Shown here piece by piece: positions 31,331 to 40,756 of a stretch of DNA of 64,000 nucleotides. The stretch lies in the NCBI GenBank assembly GCA_965208325.1, contig OZ242326.1:4192001-4256000 (forward strand), given 5' to 3'. Each line of letters opens with the position of its first letter. Position 1 is the first letter of the stretch. The notes beneath the pieces were generated by a model, which ran no database searches, was not told the origin of the DNA, and saw only the letters and a list, made by a program, of their open reading frames with translations. The position numbers and the translations under genes were made by a program. The stretch comes from Candidatus Poribacteria bacterium (GTDB taxonomy: Bacteria; Poribacteria; WGA-4E; PCPOR2b).

Positions 31331-31582
31331 TTATCCTCGTTTATTCGGCCTCGTGATGGTCTCAACCACTGCCGTATCCTTACGGCGTTCGGCTTCCTGA
31401 CAACTGATAAACCTGCCCGTTGCTGCGTCGCGACCAACCTTAATGGTCGTTACACCATGGTTCGCCGAAGACTTGCCGCCGCCGTTTTTGCCGTAAACGA
31501 CCTCTCGTACGGCTCGTTTGATTTCGCTTCTTTTGAGCTTACCTTTTTTGGGTGGATACTTGACGATTCTTGGTCTTGCCAC
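31331..31582 (-). CDS. Small basic protein, 83 aa, with RDAxTGRF motif
   Basis: GGAGGTGA RBS before GTG; homologous to 31016-31177. Confidence 0.75.
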   Translation of the reverse strand: MARPRIVKYPPKKGKLKRSEIKRAVREVVYGKNGGGKSSANHGVTTIKVGRDAATGRFISCQEAERRKDTAVVETITRPNKRG

Positions 31583-31584
31583 GT

Positions 31585-31659
31585 AATCACCTCCTTGAAT
31601 TGTGAATCAAAGGGACAATTTAGAAAGATATTATCATTATAGTTTTTGGGTAAGCTCAT
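31585..31659 (-). pseudogene. Possible N-terminal remnant of an FxNCPFD-type (TIR/deoxyribosyltransferase-like) gene
   Basis: MSLPKNYNDNIFLNCPFDSQF, after which the frame runs out of phase into the next gene. Family recognised from memory only. Confidence 0.4.
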
Positions 31660-31774
31660 GATTTGCTCAGTTTATCTGTTTAATCGCTTCGCTCATAAAA
31701 TTCAGGATAATATTATGCCATAATTTAAGGACATATATCAACGAAAACCAAATGCGAAAAAGCTGGCAATCAGG

Positions 31775-32075
31775 GGATCAACCGGCCGAATAGGGAGGGC
31801 GATAGTCTTTTATTTGAAACCGAGTTTTTTCTTCAAAACTCGGTTTCTTTAAGGCTACTTTATCGCGGCTGGAAACCGCTCCCACAGGGGCGGGATTGTG
31901 AATTTCGATGCAAGCCGATCTACAAGAGCTGTCTGAACTGTGATTTGTGTGATTAAATGATGGGCTATGATTGGGGGGACATGGTGATTTGGTGTTGAAG
32001 TTACGTAAAAAAACCGAGTTTTGAAGAAAAAACTCGGTTTTAATGGAGGGTCGCGATTCGGAGATCGCTCCTACT
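31775..32075. repeat. Modular repeat cluster
   Basis: GATCAAC..GGCGATAGTC, inverted AAACCGAG hairpin, ATCGCGGCTGGAA..CCCAC and CTGAACTGTG modules. Confidence 0.9.
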
Positions 32076-32082
32076 GGAACTA

Positions 32083-32754
32083 TTACTTACGGGCGATGAC
32101 GACGGCGATGGGGCCGCGGCGCCAAACGCATTCGGCGTCGAAGCCGGCGGTGCGGACAGCGTCGAGTTCGTCCTCGAGCGGGAAATAGGTGTCCTCCTCC
32201 GCCCATTGAGCGAAATATTCGCGCGCACGCGGCTCCTCGATGCCTGAAGCGGCCATGTGATCGATCCAGCTTCGCCACGCCGCGTCGCGTTCAGGGGACG
32301 CCGCTGGCATCGTGGCGTCGGCGTTGACGAAGACGCCGCCGGCTCGGAGCGCACCGTAAATCCGCCGGTACAGGCCGCGCTTTTCGCCGATTGACGGAAT
32401 ATGGTGCAGCGCCAATGACGCCGCGACTGCATCGCAGGGCGGCAACGGCGCATGGAACGACGATTCGGTGAATCGTGCGCGTCCGTCAAACCGCGCGAGC
32501 CGCGACCGGGCTTGCGCCAGCATGCCGCGGTCGATGTCGATGAGTTCCACCGTTCCGGAGGCGTCCGCCGAAAGGATTGCCTCGGACAGGGCGCCGGTGC
32601 CCCCGCCGAGGTCGAGCGTCAAGTCCGGTTTTGTGCGGACAATTTCGCGCGCGGCAACGGCGAGCATGGTCTCGTAGCCCGGAATGAAGCGGCGAATCTT
32701 ATCGTCGTAAGTGCGGATTTCAATGCCGAGGTGGCGGTGTACGGAGTGGTTCAT
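32083..32754 (-). CDS. Class I SAM-dependent methyltransferase
   Basis: LDLGGGTG, LIDID, SLALHH and LRAGGVFVNAD motifs; GC-rich. Confidence 0.9.
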   Translation of the reverse strand: MNHSVHRHLGIEIRTYDDKIRRFIPGYETMLAVAAREIVRTKPDLTLDLGGGTGALSEAILSADASGTVELIDIDRGMLAQARSRLARFDGRARFTESSFHAPLPPCDAVAASLALHHIPSIGEKRGLYRRIYGALRAGGVFVNADATMPAASPERDAAWRSWIDHMAASGIEEPRAREYFAQWAEEDTYFPLEDELDAVRTAGFDAECVWRRGPIAVVIARK

Positions 32755-32788
32755 GGGTGATTGACGGTTGTGAGGTTTGGGATTTGAG

Positions 32789-32818
32789 TTGACATTGTAC
32801 CAAATGCGGTGGTATAAT
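32789..32818 (+). promoter_or_regulatory. Sigma70-type promoter for the coiled-coil gene
   Basis: TTGACA-18 nt-TATAAT with TGG extended -10. Confidence 0.7.
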
Positions 32819-32872
32819 CGCAACCATAGCGTGACATACAGAAGGGCCGCTTTTGGATTTGAGGAGTGACAA

Positions 32873-33295
32873 ATGGAAGTTTTTGCCAGCTACATACCCG
32901 TCGTTCTAATAGTGCTAGCCATATTTGCCGCTAATTGGCGGACGACCGTACAGTTTGGACATATAACGATGAATATGGCGACTAAAGACGACATTCGGAA
33001 TCTGAATAATATAGTGGCGAATATGGCGACTAAAGAAGAACTTCGGGACATAAAAGAAGACATTCGGGAGATAAAAGAGGAATTCAGGTACATGAGAGAT
33101 GAAATCAAGGACATGAGAAATGACATCAGGGCGCTTGACGACCGAATGAATCGTTTTGAAATGCACGTGACTCAACAGTTCGCCGAGATTAAGGGAGAAA
33201 TCAGCGATTTGAAACGGGATGTCAATACGCTTCAACAATCGTATGTAAACCACCTAATTACAGAGCATAACATTAAACCCGCGCAGCCGGGTTAA
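32873..33295 (+). CDS. N-terminally membrane-anchored coiled-coil protein (ATKxD/E motif, Bdr/CCDC90-like)
   Basis: TM helix, NMATKDDI and NMATKEEL repeats, heptads; GAGGAG RBS; terminator downstream. Confidence 0.75.
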   Translation: MEVFASYIPVVLIVLAIFAANWRTTVQFGHITMNMATKDDIRNLNNIVANMATKEELRDIKEDIREIKEEFRYMRDEIKDMRNDIRALDDRMNRFEMHVTQQFAEIKGEISDLKRDVNTLQQSYVNHLITEHNIKPAQPG

Positions 33296-33331
33296 TCAGC
33301 TTGTGCAAGAAATGACCTGTATCGCACCGCC

Positions 33332-33361
33332 AGCCGTTGGTATATGCCAGCGGCTTTTTTT
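33332..33361 (+). terminator. Rho-independent terminator
   Basis: AGCCGTTGG...CCAGCGGCT stem followed by a T run. Confidence 0.7.
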
Positions 33362-33384
33362 GTGGAATGGGAGCGGACGAGGAA

Positions 33385-34285
33385 TTTGTTTTTGTAGGTT
33401 GGGTAGAGCGGAGTAAATGAAAAACGCGAACAGTGTCGAATGGATAATGGTATGTGAATTTGATTGAAAATGTTTAAGAAATAGCGAAACCCAACGATCA
33501 ACCGACCGAATAGGGAGGGCGATAGTCTTGTCTTAATTTTGAGACATTTCGGTTGCTGGTTGTCGGTCGGTAATTGTTTAATGTGTGTGGCAATAGAAAA
33601 AACAGAAAAGTTGCTGGGGAATTAATGACGGTGTGGGTGTTTGGGAGTCATTCAGGATGGGAGAGGTTTTAAAAGCGTTGGGTTTCGCTCCATTCATCGG
33701 ATTTAGTGCGTGGTTGAGTTGACGGGGGTGGTTCGTTAAATTGGGCGTTTATTGGGTGAATCCGCTCTACCCAACCTACAAGAGCTGTCCGTGGTCGTAG
33801 GGGCGGGGTTCCCCCGCCCATTGAGCAGCCGGAGGCGGCGAATTCCCGACCATACCAATATGATGTGTGAACAAAGGGTTGGGAAACCCAACCCCTACGA
33901 ATTATCGAATATTGGATGTCGCTAGGTTTTCTAGCGCGCCGCGTGAAATTTTACGTCATTTGGTGCAGACCGCTCAACCCAACCTATAAGAACTGGTACT
34001 TTGCGGACGGCACACGGAGTGTGCCTGCTACTTTTCGTTATGAAGAAACCGAGTTTTGAAGAAAAAACTCGGTTTCTAGCGGCTAAAAACTCGGTTTCAA
34101 GCAGCCAAAAAGAGAATTTTTGAAACCGGGTTTTGGGGGGAGGCGTATATTTGCGTACAGTGTCAGGTTTAGGATGGAAGTGTCGATTTTTGGTGGGTTA
34201 TCGAAGAAACCGAGTTTTGAAGAAAAAACTCGGTTTCAAGCGGCCAAAAACTTGGTTTCTAGCAGTCAAAAATCGGTTTTTGGTA
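33385..34285. repeat. Modular repeat cluster
   Basis: Same order of modules as 27995-28606, plus AAACCGAG hairpins with partial ~21-bp echoes. Confidence 0.92.
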
Positions 34286-34310
34286 CCCTATGAACCTTGG
34301 CAGAAAAGTA

Positions 34311-34454
34311 TTGACAGATGTTAAAATCTGTTGTACTATGTAGCGGATTCTGAAGGCGGGTGTTGGGGCGGTTTCGGCTCGGTTGAGCGGGGGCGAAAAA
34401 GGTGAAAAAAGTCCCAAGAAAAGTCTTGACAACTTGCGGGATCTGTTATATTAT
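34311..34454 (+). promoter_or_regulatory. Tandem near-consensus sigma70 promoters
   Basis: TTGACA-17-TACTAT (34311-34339) and TTGACA-17-TATTAT (34426-34454). Confidence 0.75.
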
Positions 34455-34818
34455 AGTTATGTGTTGCGTCAGGGCTGCGCGGCGGGTACGCCGGGCGTCC
34501 GGGTGCGGCGCGGGAAGTACGGGCTTCATTCTAGACAACTATTCTCTAGAGGATCAACAAGCGGCACCCTCCGGAGACACGTTTTGAGTGAGGACAACAT
34601 TTCAGTCAGTGTGTGGAGGGTGTGTTTGCCCTCACGAGTGAGTCCCGAAATCCGGACGTGCGGGTTTCGGGGTTTTGTTGATTCTGTTTTATGGTTTATT
34701 TGGAAAGGACGACTAACCGATTATGGATAGTTCAACTAGGGCTTGCGAATCCAGCAAGCGAAACAGACTAAAATTTAATTCTTCAACATACAAACAAGCA
34801 AGGAGGAAACATAAAGTC

Positions 34819-37800
34819 ATGTTGAGTAGAATTTCGAAAATGAGTGTACTCGGTATCGTTGCGCTCATGCTTGTGCTCGGTCTGACGGCGGACGATGCGT
34901 TCGCGCAGGCGGCGGGTACGTATGGCGTGGCCGTGACATCGAGTCCGGACCACACTACCGATCCCAGTGGACTACGCGCAGCGGGCACTGCAACGTCGAT
35001 AACGTTTACCCTCACGGTTGCTGAACGGCAGGATAAAGGAACGCAGGATCCGCCCGATCCTCCGGCGTCTACAGCGGCGCGCGAAGTCACGATTACCATT
35101 CCGCACGAGTGGACGACTCGACCGATTGAGGACAACGGCGACACAGATCCTCCCGCGGATGCAGGCGAGGTGACGTTTAGCGACGGCACAAACACCGGCA
35201 GAACTGTCGGCTACGTTTCGGGCCGAAACCTGAAGATTAAGATTCCGGAAGGCGCCGCCGGTAACGGCACATACACCGTCGTTTACTACAACGCAACCAT
35301 ACCGCACCGCAAAGGCGACTACAGATTTCCAATCACCAATGCTGATGTCAGCTTTGTGCAGGTTTCGGTATATTATGTGGCGAACGGTTCGGGTAAGGTG
35401 ACCTTTACGTCATCTGTTGCCAAGCAGGGCGAGCTCAAGGAAGGCGATGTCAATCACGCTTATAACAACCAGTATGTTGCGGTCAGCGAGCAGCCGTTAA
35501 ACAACGCCGTTTTTAGGTTTGAAGCATTGGGATCCATGCCAAAGGATTCGCAGGTGAGAGTCACGATGGCTGGTGACGCATTTATGCTCGGGAATCGTCC
35601 CAACGACGACAGCACCGCGTCGGTGAGCGGCGCCGGCAGTCCGGAGCTTGCCCGGGCGGCGGATACCGTGACCGCTACCATCAAAGCGGATGGCGGGATC
35701 GAGAAGGGCAGTTCGATTACCATAACCATAAAGGGTCTGAAGGCACCTGCGGTCGCTGCGGATGCGGCGCCAAATACCGCTCATTCGTTTACAGTCGCAT
35801 CGGGAGTTTTTGCGGATCCGGTTGTATTTGCAGATGTCGCAGACGCCGCATTTCCTTTCACTACGACCGGCCCATCGGGGCGCGGTACACTAGCCATGGC
35901 GACCACCGGCGATCCTGCCGACCCGCCTAGTATCGCGGACGTTGCGAATCAAGCCGTGCAGGAAGGCACTAACCTCAAGACGTTGGCATTTACCATTGCC
36001 GGCGATGCGTCTCTTGGCGCAGGCGCCAGTTATGAAATTAAGCTTCCGAGCGCTTTCCCGGCGCCGACGATGGCAATTGCGCCCATCGGCGGCACTGTTG
36101 ATGTAAACGTTGTCGGACACACGAATGCGGCAAAGCATGACGGCGGCGCACGGACACTAAGTGGCCCGCTTCGGGCTTGGGCCGATCAGACGACCGATTC
36201 GCTTACGGCGGCAGTAGAATACCGAGCCGGTCCGATTTCGACGCAGGGCAGGCACGTCTTCGGGTTCAAAACCAGCACGGGGCCGCACGGCGGATTGATG
36301 GATGTCGGCGGCGACGGTTATCCGCGGTACATTGATGTCACGGCGAAGCACGACAGCGGTACGTTTGTGGTTAAGGAGAATGGCCAGCCGTTGGTTCGGA
36401 CTACAGCCGAGGCACAGCACGACGTTCTCGAATTGGTCTTCACCGCCGCCGGTTATATGCCTAAAGGCGTGGTCGTTTTTGCAGTTCCGACTAATGCGGA
36501 CACGGATCCGGTACTGTCGCCGGCGCTGCCTTGGCCGCGTCCCCGTAACGACAACGGCGACAGCACCCCCGATGTGGGCGAGGTGACGTTTAGCGGCAAA
36601 GCCGACTTTGTCATTAACGCCGACGGCACCATTACCGCGACAGGGAACGCGGCTTGGAACATGAACGACGAGATTAAGGTGACATACAAGAACGTCAAAG
36701 TTCCGAAGGGGCCGGATAGCGCCCCTAACCAGCCTTTCGCATTTACTGCAATGTCACGGTCCTTTGGCACTGGTGATACTGAAAATTTGCACACAAAGAT
36801 GCATAAAATCGGCGCCGGGCGCACGGCGGACGGCAGCGGAACGTTGGCGGTTGCGCCGGACAGCGCGAACTCCAACACGACGATCGACGTGAAATTGACT
36901 TTCACATCGCAAGGCGACATGCCTGTCGGGTCGGCTGTCGAGGTAACCATCCCTGACGGATTTCCCGATCTGACCGGAAATGTGGCAATCGGACAAGAGG
37001 GCGTTGCGGCGACCTTGACATCAACGGCGAGGACCATGACCGCCACGGTTGCGAACACATTGGGCAATAACGGCACACTTGTGTTCGATATCACCGGCGT
37101 AGTTACGCCTGCGTCGGGCGGGCCTTACGAGTACACGGCGAAGTCGAAAGCTCATCCGAGCGGCACGCTGACGGCGCTTTCGAGCGGAGCTGCTAGGATT
37201 ACCATTAACCAGGTGACGGCTGGAACGGTGATGTTGTCCACCACCTCTGCAGAGCCAGGTACGTTCATTGATGATAACCTGACGATTACCTTCACCGCAG
37301 GCGCGCAGATGCAGTCCGGTTCGAAGGTTACGGTCGAGATTCCGGAGGCGTTTACATCGGTGCGCCCGGACAACAACGACGGTATTGATGATGCGGGTGA
37401 GGTCTTGCTCACGGGTTCCGCTGACCTTGGAGTCTCTGGCGGCGGGACGACGCCGTGGGTGCTAACCGCGACGGTGAATGCTGTCATAGAATCCGGCGGA
37501 ACGCTGGTTATCACCTACAAAGACGTGACCGTACCGATGGCGGAAGCTGTGTATACGTTCACCACGATGGCGTCTGTTACCGCGGATCAGGGGCTGCTGC
37601 CAGTTTCAGTTCAGCCGACCCTGACTGTCAGGAAGTCTGTCACCGCTATCGCGATGGTTTCCGATCCCGATCCGGCAACGGTGTTCACTGGCGAGTCCAT
37701 TACGCTCACTGTGTCGCTTATGGCTGGAACCGAAGCGGGCAAGGCGTTGGGCGACCAGGTTGTGATGCTGTCCGACGGAGACGCGGGCGGTACGTTCATG

Positions 37801-40095
37801 CCCGCCTCAATCACGATTGCGGATAACACGGGTGAAGGATCCGCCACCTATACGAACAGCACGGCTAGTAATCCTACGTATACGTTGACCGCTACATTAG
37901 GCGACTTGGATGCGGTTACCGTCGAAGCTACGATTAAGTCGAAGATTCGCGATCTGACGGTTAACGGCAAGAAAGCGGATATCGTTGTCGCAGCCGGTCA
38001 AATGCTCACCGTGAGCGCAATCGGTCAAGCCGGTACGGGTACCGTGACTATCAAGGATGCCGACGGCAATAAGGTCGGGCTGACGCGCGCGCTAGATCCG
38101 ATTGGCGAAGTCGATCCCGACGGCGACCAGCAGTTCCAGCGAGACGTGATGCTGCCGGATTCCACTGTCGACGGCGAATACACGGTCAACGTTATGATTA
38201 ACGACCAACCCGGCACGATTTCGATTACGGTGCTGAACGACCAGTCACCGCCGACGTTGAGCAACGCCAGTGTGCTGTCCAACACCGATACGATTATGAA
38301 CGGCAGCGTGCTGACGCTTAGCGTGGACGTTGTCGCGGCAAGCGAGAGCAATCCGATTGACGACGACACAGTGATGGCGGATCTCAGCGAGGTTGACTCA
38401 ACGCGCACGGAAATGCTTCCGTTGGGGAAACAGGCTGGAACCGACAACACATATATCGCTGTTTACACCATCAGCATGGACAACGAAAGTGCGGATGGCG
38501 AAAAGACGGTCACGTTCTCGGCGCAAGCCATGATTGGCGACGCCAGCACGGCGACTGCGATGGTCAACTTGGAGAACGATCCGAGCACGCTTGACAGCGT
38601 AATGGTACCGGACGATACGTTCAGGCCGGGCGATATGGTCACGATTACCGCGATGGGTACGGCGGGGCAGATGGTGAAATTCACCGTGACGTCCTCCGAC
38701 GGCACGGCGATGCCTGACGGCAAAGCCATGACGGAAGGACCGGACGGAACGTATACCGGAACCTTCGACGTCGTGGGTGATGTCCATACCGAAGGCATGT
38801 ACGACGTGACGGTCACCATGAACGACAATCCGGCGAAGTCGATGACTATGGCAGGTTCGCTGGACATTGGTCCTGCGGGCTACATGTTCACCTTGTCGAT
38901 TCCGGCGGGTACGCACGCCATACATATCCCGTTGGCGGTTAACATGATTAACGGCGAAGACGGCACGATTGAGACGGTCGGCGATGTCTACGACGCGCTC
39001 GGCGATGCGGTCAACTTCATCATCACGCTCGGCGCTGACGGAAGCTGGATGAGCTACCTCGGCGACGATAGTGCGGGCAGCATGGCGGACGCGGCTATCG
39101 GCGACGATTCGGGTCTGATTGTTGTGATGAAGAGCGCTGCGACGTTAGAGTTGGTCGGTGACGCGTTAGGCACCGGCGGCGTTTCCATGGTTAGCATTGA
39201 AGCCGGGAACAACCTCGTCGGTGTACCGCTCGATCCGGCGGTCGACATGATGATTAGTGACGCACTGGTCGAAGGCGTGCAGGCAATCGCGGTATCCAAC
39301 GCTGCAGGCGACGGATTCCATAGGATTACGGCAGCCGGCGACATGGGCGACGGTCCTATTGAAGGCGGCGTGGGTTACATCGTTGTGGCTACGGCGTCGG
39401 CGAGCATTCCGGTCATCGGTTCCGCATGGGAGAACGAAGGCGCCGCGGCAGCACCCGCAGTGGTGTTCAGCGGTTCGCAGACACCGGTTCTCCATGTTGA
39501 CGGCGGCGTTATGGATGAGTTCGACATGTTGGCACAGGTTCCCGAACTTCGTGTCACTGTGAAGAACCTGTCTACCGGCGCTTCGCTGGATACGGTTCTC
39601 GGATCGGAAGCATCGTACAGCGCGACGTTTGTTGAGTTCGGACGCCATGCCGCCAAGGCTGGCGATGTGCTGGAAATCGTAGCGCATTCACCGAACCCGT
39701 ACGTCGGTGTACGTCCGGTACCGCAGATAGTCGTTAGCGCGGAAGAGGTGTTGACGAGCCGTATCAGTCTGCCCGACTTGGAACTCTATGAGATTCCGTC
39801 GGAGACCGAGCTGTTGGCTAACTACCCGAATCCGTTTAACCCTGAAACGTGGATTCCGTACCGGTTAGCGAAAGCTGCCGAAGTGACGTTGAGTATCTAT
39901 GACACCAACGGCGCCTTGGTACGGTCCATAGATGTCGGCTTCAAACCAGCGGCTGTGTACGAATCACGTGCATCGGCGATTTACTGGGATGGTCGCAACA
40001 ACTACGGTGAACGCGTTGCCAGTGGCACGTACTTCTACCACTTGACGGCGGGCGAAGATTATGCATCGACGCGCCGGATGGTGATTCTGAAGTAA
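34819..40095 (+). CDS. Large secreted beta-sandwich repeat protein with T9SS type A/FlgD-like C-terminal domain
   Basis: AGGAGG RBS; signal peptide ending AFA-Q; repeated Thr/Gly/Asp-rich domains; C-terminus LANYPNPFNPETWIPY...IYD..G.LVR...WDGRN..GE.VASG.YFY...RRMVILK. Confidence 0.88.
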   Translation: MLSRISKMSVLGIVALMLVLGLTADDAFAQAAGTYGVAVTSSPDHTTDPSGLRAAGTATSITFTLTVAERQDKGTQDPPDPPASTAAREVTITIPHEWTTRPIEDNGDTDPPADAGEVTFSDGTNTGRTVGYVSGRNLKIKIPEGAAGNGTYTVVYYNATIPHRKGDYRFPITNADVSFVQVSVYYVANGSGKVTFTSSVAKQGELKEGDVNHAYNNQYVAVSEQPLNNAVFRFEALGSMPKDSQVRVTMAGDAFMLGNRPNDDSTASVSGAGSPELARAADTVTATIKADGGIEKGSSITITIKGLKAPAVAADAAPNTAHSFTVASGVFADPVVFADVADAAFPFTTTGPSGRGTLAMATTGDPADPPSIADVANQAVQEGTNLKTLAFTIAGDASLGAGASYEIKLPSAFPAPTMAIAPIGGTVDVNVVGHTNAAKHDGGARTLSGPLRAWADQTTDSLTAAVEYRAGPISTQGRHVFGFKTSTGPHGGLMDVGGDGYPRYIDVTAKHDSGTFVVKENGQPLVRTTAEAQHDVLELVFTAAGYMPKGVVVFAVPTNADTDPVLSPALPWPRPRNDNGDSTPDVGEVTFSGKADFVINADGTITATGNAAWNMNDEIKVTYKNVKVPKGPDSAPNQPFAFTAMSRSFGTGDTENLHTKMHKIGAGRTADGSGTLAVAPDSANSNTTIDVKLTFTSQGDMPVGSAVEVTIPDGFPDLTGNVAIGQEGVAATLTSTARTMTATVANTLGNNGTLVFDITGVVTPASGGPYEYTAKSKAHPSGTLTALSSGAARITINQVTAGTVMLSTTSAEPGTFIDDNLTITFTAGAQMQSGSKVTVEIPEAFTSVRPDNNDGIDDAGEVLLTGSADLGVSGGGTTPWVLTATVNAVIESGGTLVITYKDVTVPMAEAVYTFTTMASVTADQGLLPVSVQPTLTVRKSVTAIAMVSDPDPATVFTGESITLTVSLMAGTEAGKALGDQVVMLSDGDAGGTFMPASITIADNTGEGSATYTNSTASNPTYTLTATLGDLDAVTVEATIKSKIRDLTVNGKKADIVVAAGQMLTVSAIGQAGTGTVTIKDADGNKVGLTRALDPIGEVDPDGDQQFQRDVMLPDSTVDGEYTVNVMINDQPGTISITVLNDQSPPTLSNASVLSNTDTIMNGSVLTLSVDVVAASESNPIDDDTVMADLSEVDSTRTEMLPLGKQAGTDNTYIAVYTISMDNESADGEKTVTFSAQAMIGDASTATAMVNLENDPSTLDSVMVPDDTFRPGDMVTITAMGTAGQMVKFTVTSSDGTAMPDGKAMTEGPDGTYTGTFDVVGDVHTEGMYDVTVTMNDNPAKSMTMAGSLDIGPAGYMFTLSIPAGTHAIHIPLAVNMINGEDGTIETVGDVYDALGDAVNFIITLGADGSWMSYLGDDSAGSMADAAIGDDSGLIVVMKSAATLELVGDALGTGGVSMVSIEAGNNLVGVPLDPAVDMMISDALVEGVQAIAVSNAAGDGFHRITAAGDMGDGPIEGGVGYIVVATASASIPVIGSAWENEGAAAAPAVVFSGSQTPVLHVDGGVMDEFDMLAQVPELRVTVKNLSTGASLDTVLGSEASYSATFVEFGRHAAKAGDVLEIVAHSPNPYVGVRPVPQIVVSAEEVLTSRISLPDLELYEIPSETELLANYPNPFNPETWIPYRLAKAAEVTLSIYDTNGALVRSIDVGFKPAAVYESRASAIYWDGRNNYGERVASGTYFYHLTAGEDYASTRRMVILK

Positions 40096-40116
40096 GTGTT
40101 CGCCGCAGAATAATCT

Positions 40117-40163
40117 ATTAGCTGCTAGGCGGGCTAGTTGTGTTGCCTAGCAGCTAATTTTTT
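40117..40163 (+). terminator. Rho-independent terminator
   Basis: ATTAGCTGCTAGGC / GCCTAGCAGCTAAT stem followed by a T run. Confidence 0.8.
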
Positions 40164-40184
40164 GTTTTAGATTGTTGAATCATT

Positions 40185-40520
40185 GTATTTTCTTTGTAGG
40201 TTGGGTAGAGCGTATTTTCTTTGTAGGTTGGGTAGAGCGGTATTGTTAAAACATGTGAGCTAATTCGGATATGCTTGGATTGATTGATAGCGTTCAAAAT
40301 ACGATTGATTGTAGCGAAACCCAACGCTTTACGAACGTCTCGAATCTCCAGAGACTCAAAAGCGTTGGGTTTCGCTACGCGAATTTTGATGTCGTCATCG
40401 ATCAGATATCTGAACCGTTTTCTCCACAGGAACGGTTGTGAAATTACCCGCTCTACCCAACCTACAAAAGCATTTTTTTTAGATGTGTTGTATCGCGGCT
40501 GGAAGCCTCTCCCACAGGGT
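40185..40520. repeat. Inverted pair of fixed-core elements plus GTGG-footed hairpin
   Basis: GTAGGTTGGGTAGAGCGG-72 nt-AGCGAAACCCAAC, a short linker, then the inverse copy with a 71-nt core. Confidence 0.92.
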
Positions 40521-40558
40521 AAGGCAATCAATTTTTTGTTAAAATCGAATAAACAACT

Positions 40559-40587
40559 TTGAAAACCGTTGTTGGCTATGCTATAAT
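40559..40587 (+). promoter_or_regulatory. Sigma70-type promoter for the 3126-aa gene
   Basis: TTGAAA-17-TATAAT with TGn. Confidence 0.7.
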
Positions 40588-40756
40588 AGATATGATTCGA
40601 TGGCTTTATAAAATATAATTTGGTCTGGTGTTACAATTTTGATTTTTTGTTTGTGTTTTAAGAGAAGTGGTGTGGTTGGTCTTGGGTCGGGCTTACATAT
40701 CAAAACCCGCGTGTGAGCCGAATTAGTGATGAGCGAAATTTTTGGGAGGTTGAATA

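Noticed and set aside
31112..31642. 176-aa plus-strand ORF
   Set aside because: Antisense to two mutually homologous minus-strand ORFs with good RBSs; no motif.
34723..34818. N-terminal extension of the 1790-aa ORF
   Set aside because: The AGGAGG RBS and signal peptide indicate a start at 34819.
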